In this document: piece by piece, positions 63,560 through 64,000 of the stretch
Layout of the letters: each line of letters starts with the position of its first letter
Numbering within the stretch: the first letter of the stretch is position 1
Assembly: GCA_944333345.1 (NCBI GenBank)
Contig: CALVKW010000001.1
Coordinates: forward strand, 5,594 to 69,593
Direction of reading: 5' to 3'
From: an uncultured Bacilli bacterium
GTDB taxonomy: Bacteria > Bacillota_I > Bacilli_A > RF39 > UBA660
DNA length: 64,000 nt
Notes under the pieces: model-generated
Told to the model about the DNA's origin: nothing
The model's database searches: none
Seen by the model: the letters and a program-made list of their open reading frames with translations, nothing else
Made by a program: the position numbers and the translations under genes

Positions 63560-64000
63560 TCAAAGGAAAAGAAGTATTAGAAAACTAAAAGCCAAACTAA
63601 TAACAACTAAAAACAAAAGTAAAAAGCTAGTCGTAAAAGCAGCATTTGATTTCTGATAGACCTTAACATTTTCGGCACTATAAGTTGGAGCTTGCTCAAA
63701 TTGTACAATATTCGCTTCTTGCATTATTTGAGACTGAACTGTTAAAGTAGAGCCATCAGAAGAACTAAATTGATAGTCATTATCTTCATTTATCTTATGC
63801 ATACTGTCAGAATCCATACTAGCAATTAAAGAGCTTTTTAACTCTTCGCTTTCACTACTATTACAACGCATATGAATAGGTTGAACATCACTTTCTTCTT
63901 TACCAACAACAATAGATACAGAATCTCCATCTTGTCTAAGAATAATATCTGCTCCAGAAATTCCCTGATCAACTAAATTTTGACGATAAGTAGCAATAAT
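63560..64000 (-). CDS. Partial CDS (5' end beyond the window). The protein ends in a hydrophobic C-terminal anchor.
   Basis: Manual translation is open from 64000 down to the stop at 63560 (..IIATYRQNLVDQGISGADIILRQDGDSVSIVVGKEE...FLLLFLVVISLAFSFLILLFL). The track shows only the internal Met segment. Confidence 0.4.
   Translation of the reverse strand: MIATYRQNLVDQGISGADIILRQDGDSVSIVVGKEESDVQPIHMRCNSSESEELKSSLIASMDSDSMHKINEDNDYQFSSSDGSTLTVQSQIMQEANIVQFEQAPTYSAENVKVYQKSNAAFTTSFLLLFLVVISLAFSFLILLFL

Overview
This window is AT-rich (about 30% GC) chromosomal DNA from an endospore-forming Firmicute. The sporulation genes spoVS, spoIVA, spoVIF, a CotD-like coat protein, a sporulation-type DD-carboxypeptidase and two tandem tiny YjcZ/TIGR01732-like peptides are all present. 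Gene order partly follows Bacillus (ftsY-ylxM...ffh; rodZ-pgsA-recA; gpsB-rnpB; recU-ponA; dnaD-nth; der; hup), and roughly 70 CDSs are mostly housekeeping. One non-coding RNA gene is recognisable (RNase P RNA, type B). There is one candidate T-box leader in front of a translationally coupled dipeptidase-serS operon. The window contains no rRNA, tRNA, CRISPR array, transposase or integrase that I can see. The most unusual content is listed here. (1) A two-gene insertion splits the normally adjacent ylxM-ffh pair: a HerA/DUF87-family ATPase with a roughly 230-aa disordered acidic tail, plus a divergent unknown gene, flanked by its own terminators. (2) A sortase cluster contains a thioester-domain (TQxA[IV]W) surface adhesin whose sorting signal is the non-canonical VPDTG. 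(3) A ClpC-like ATPase has only the N-domain and D1 module, and a short MecA-like adaptor lies elsewhere in the window. (4) A 951-aa orphan protein has no recognisable motifs. (5) Two tandem tiny transmembrane peptides and the RNase P RNA are absent from the ORF track. All functional calls come from reading motifs by eye; no database search was possible.
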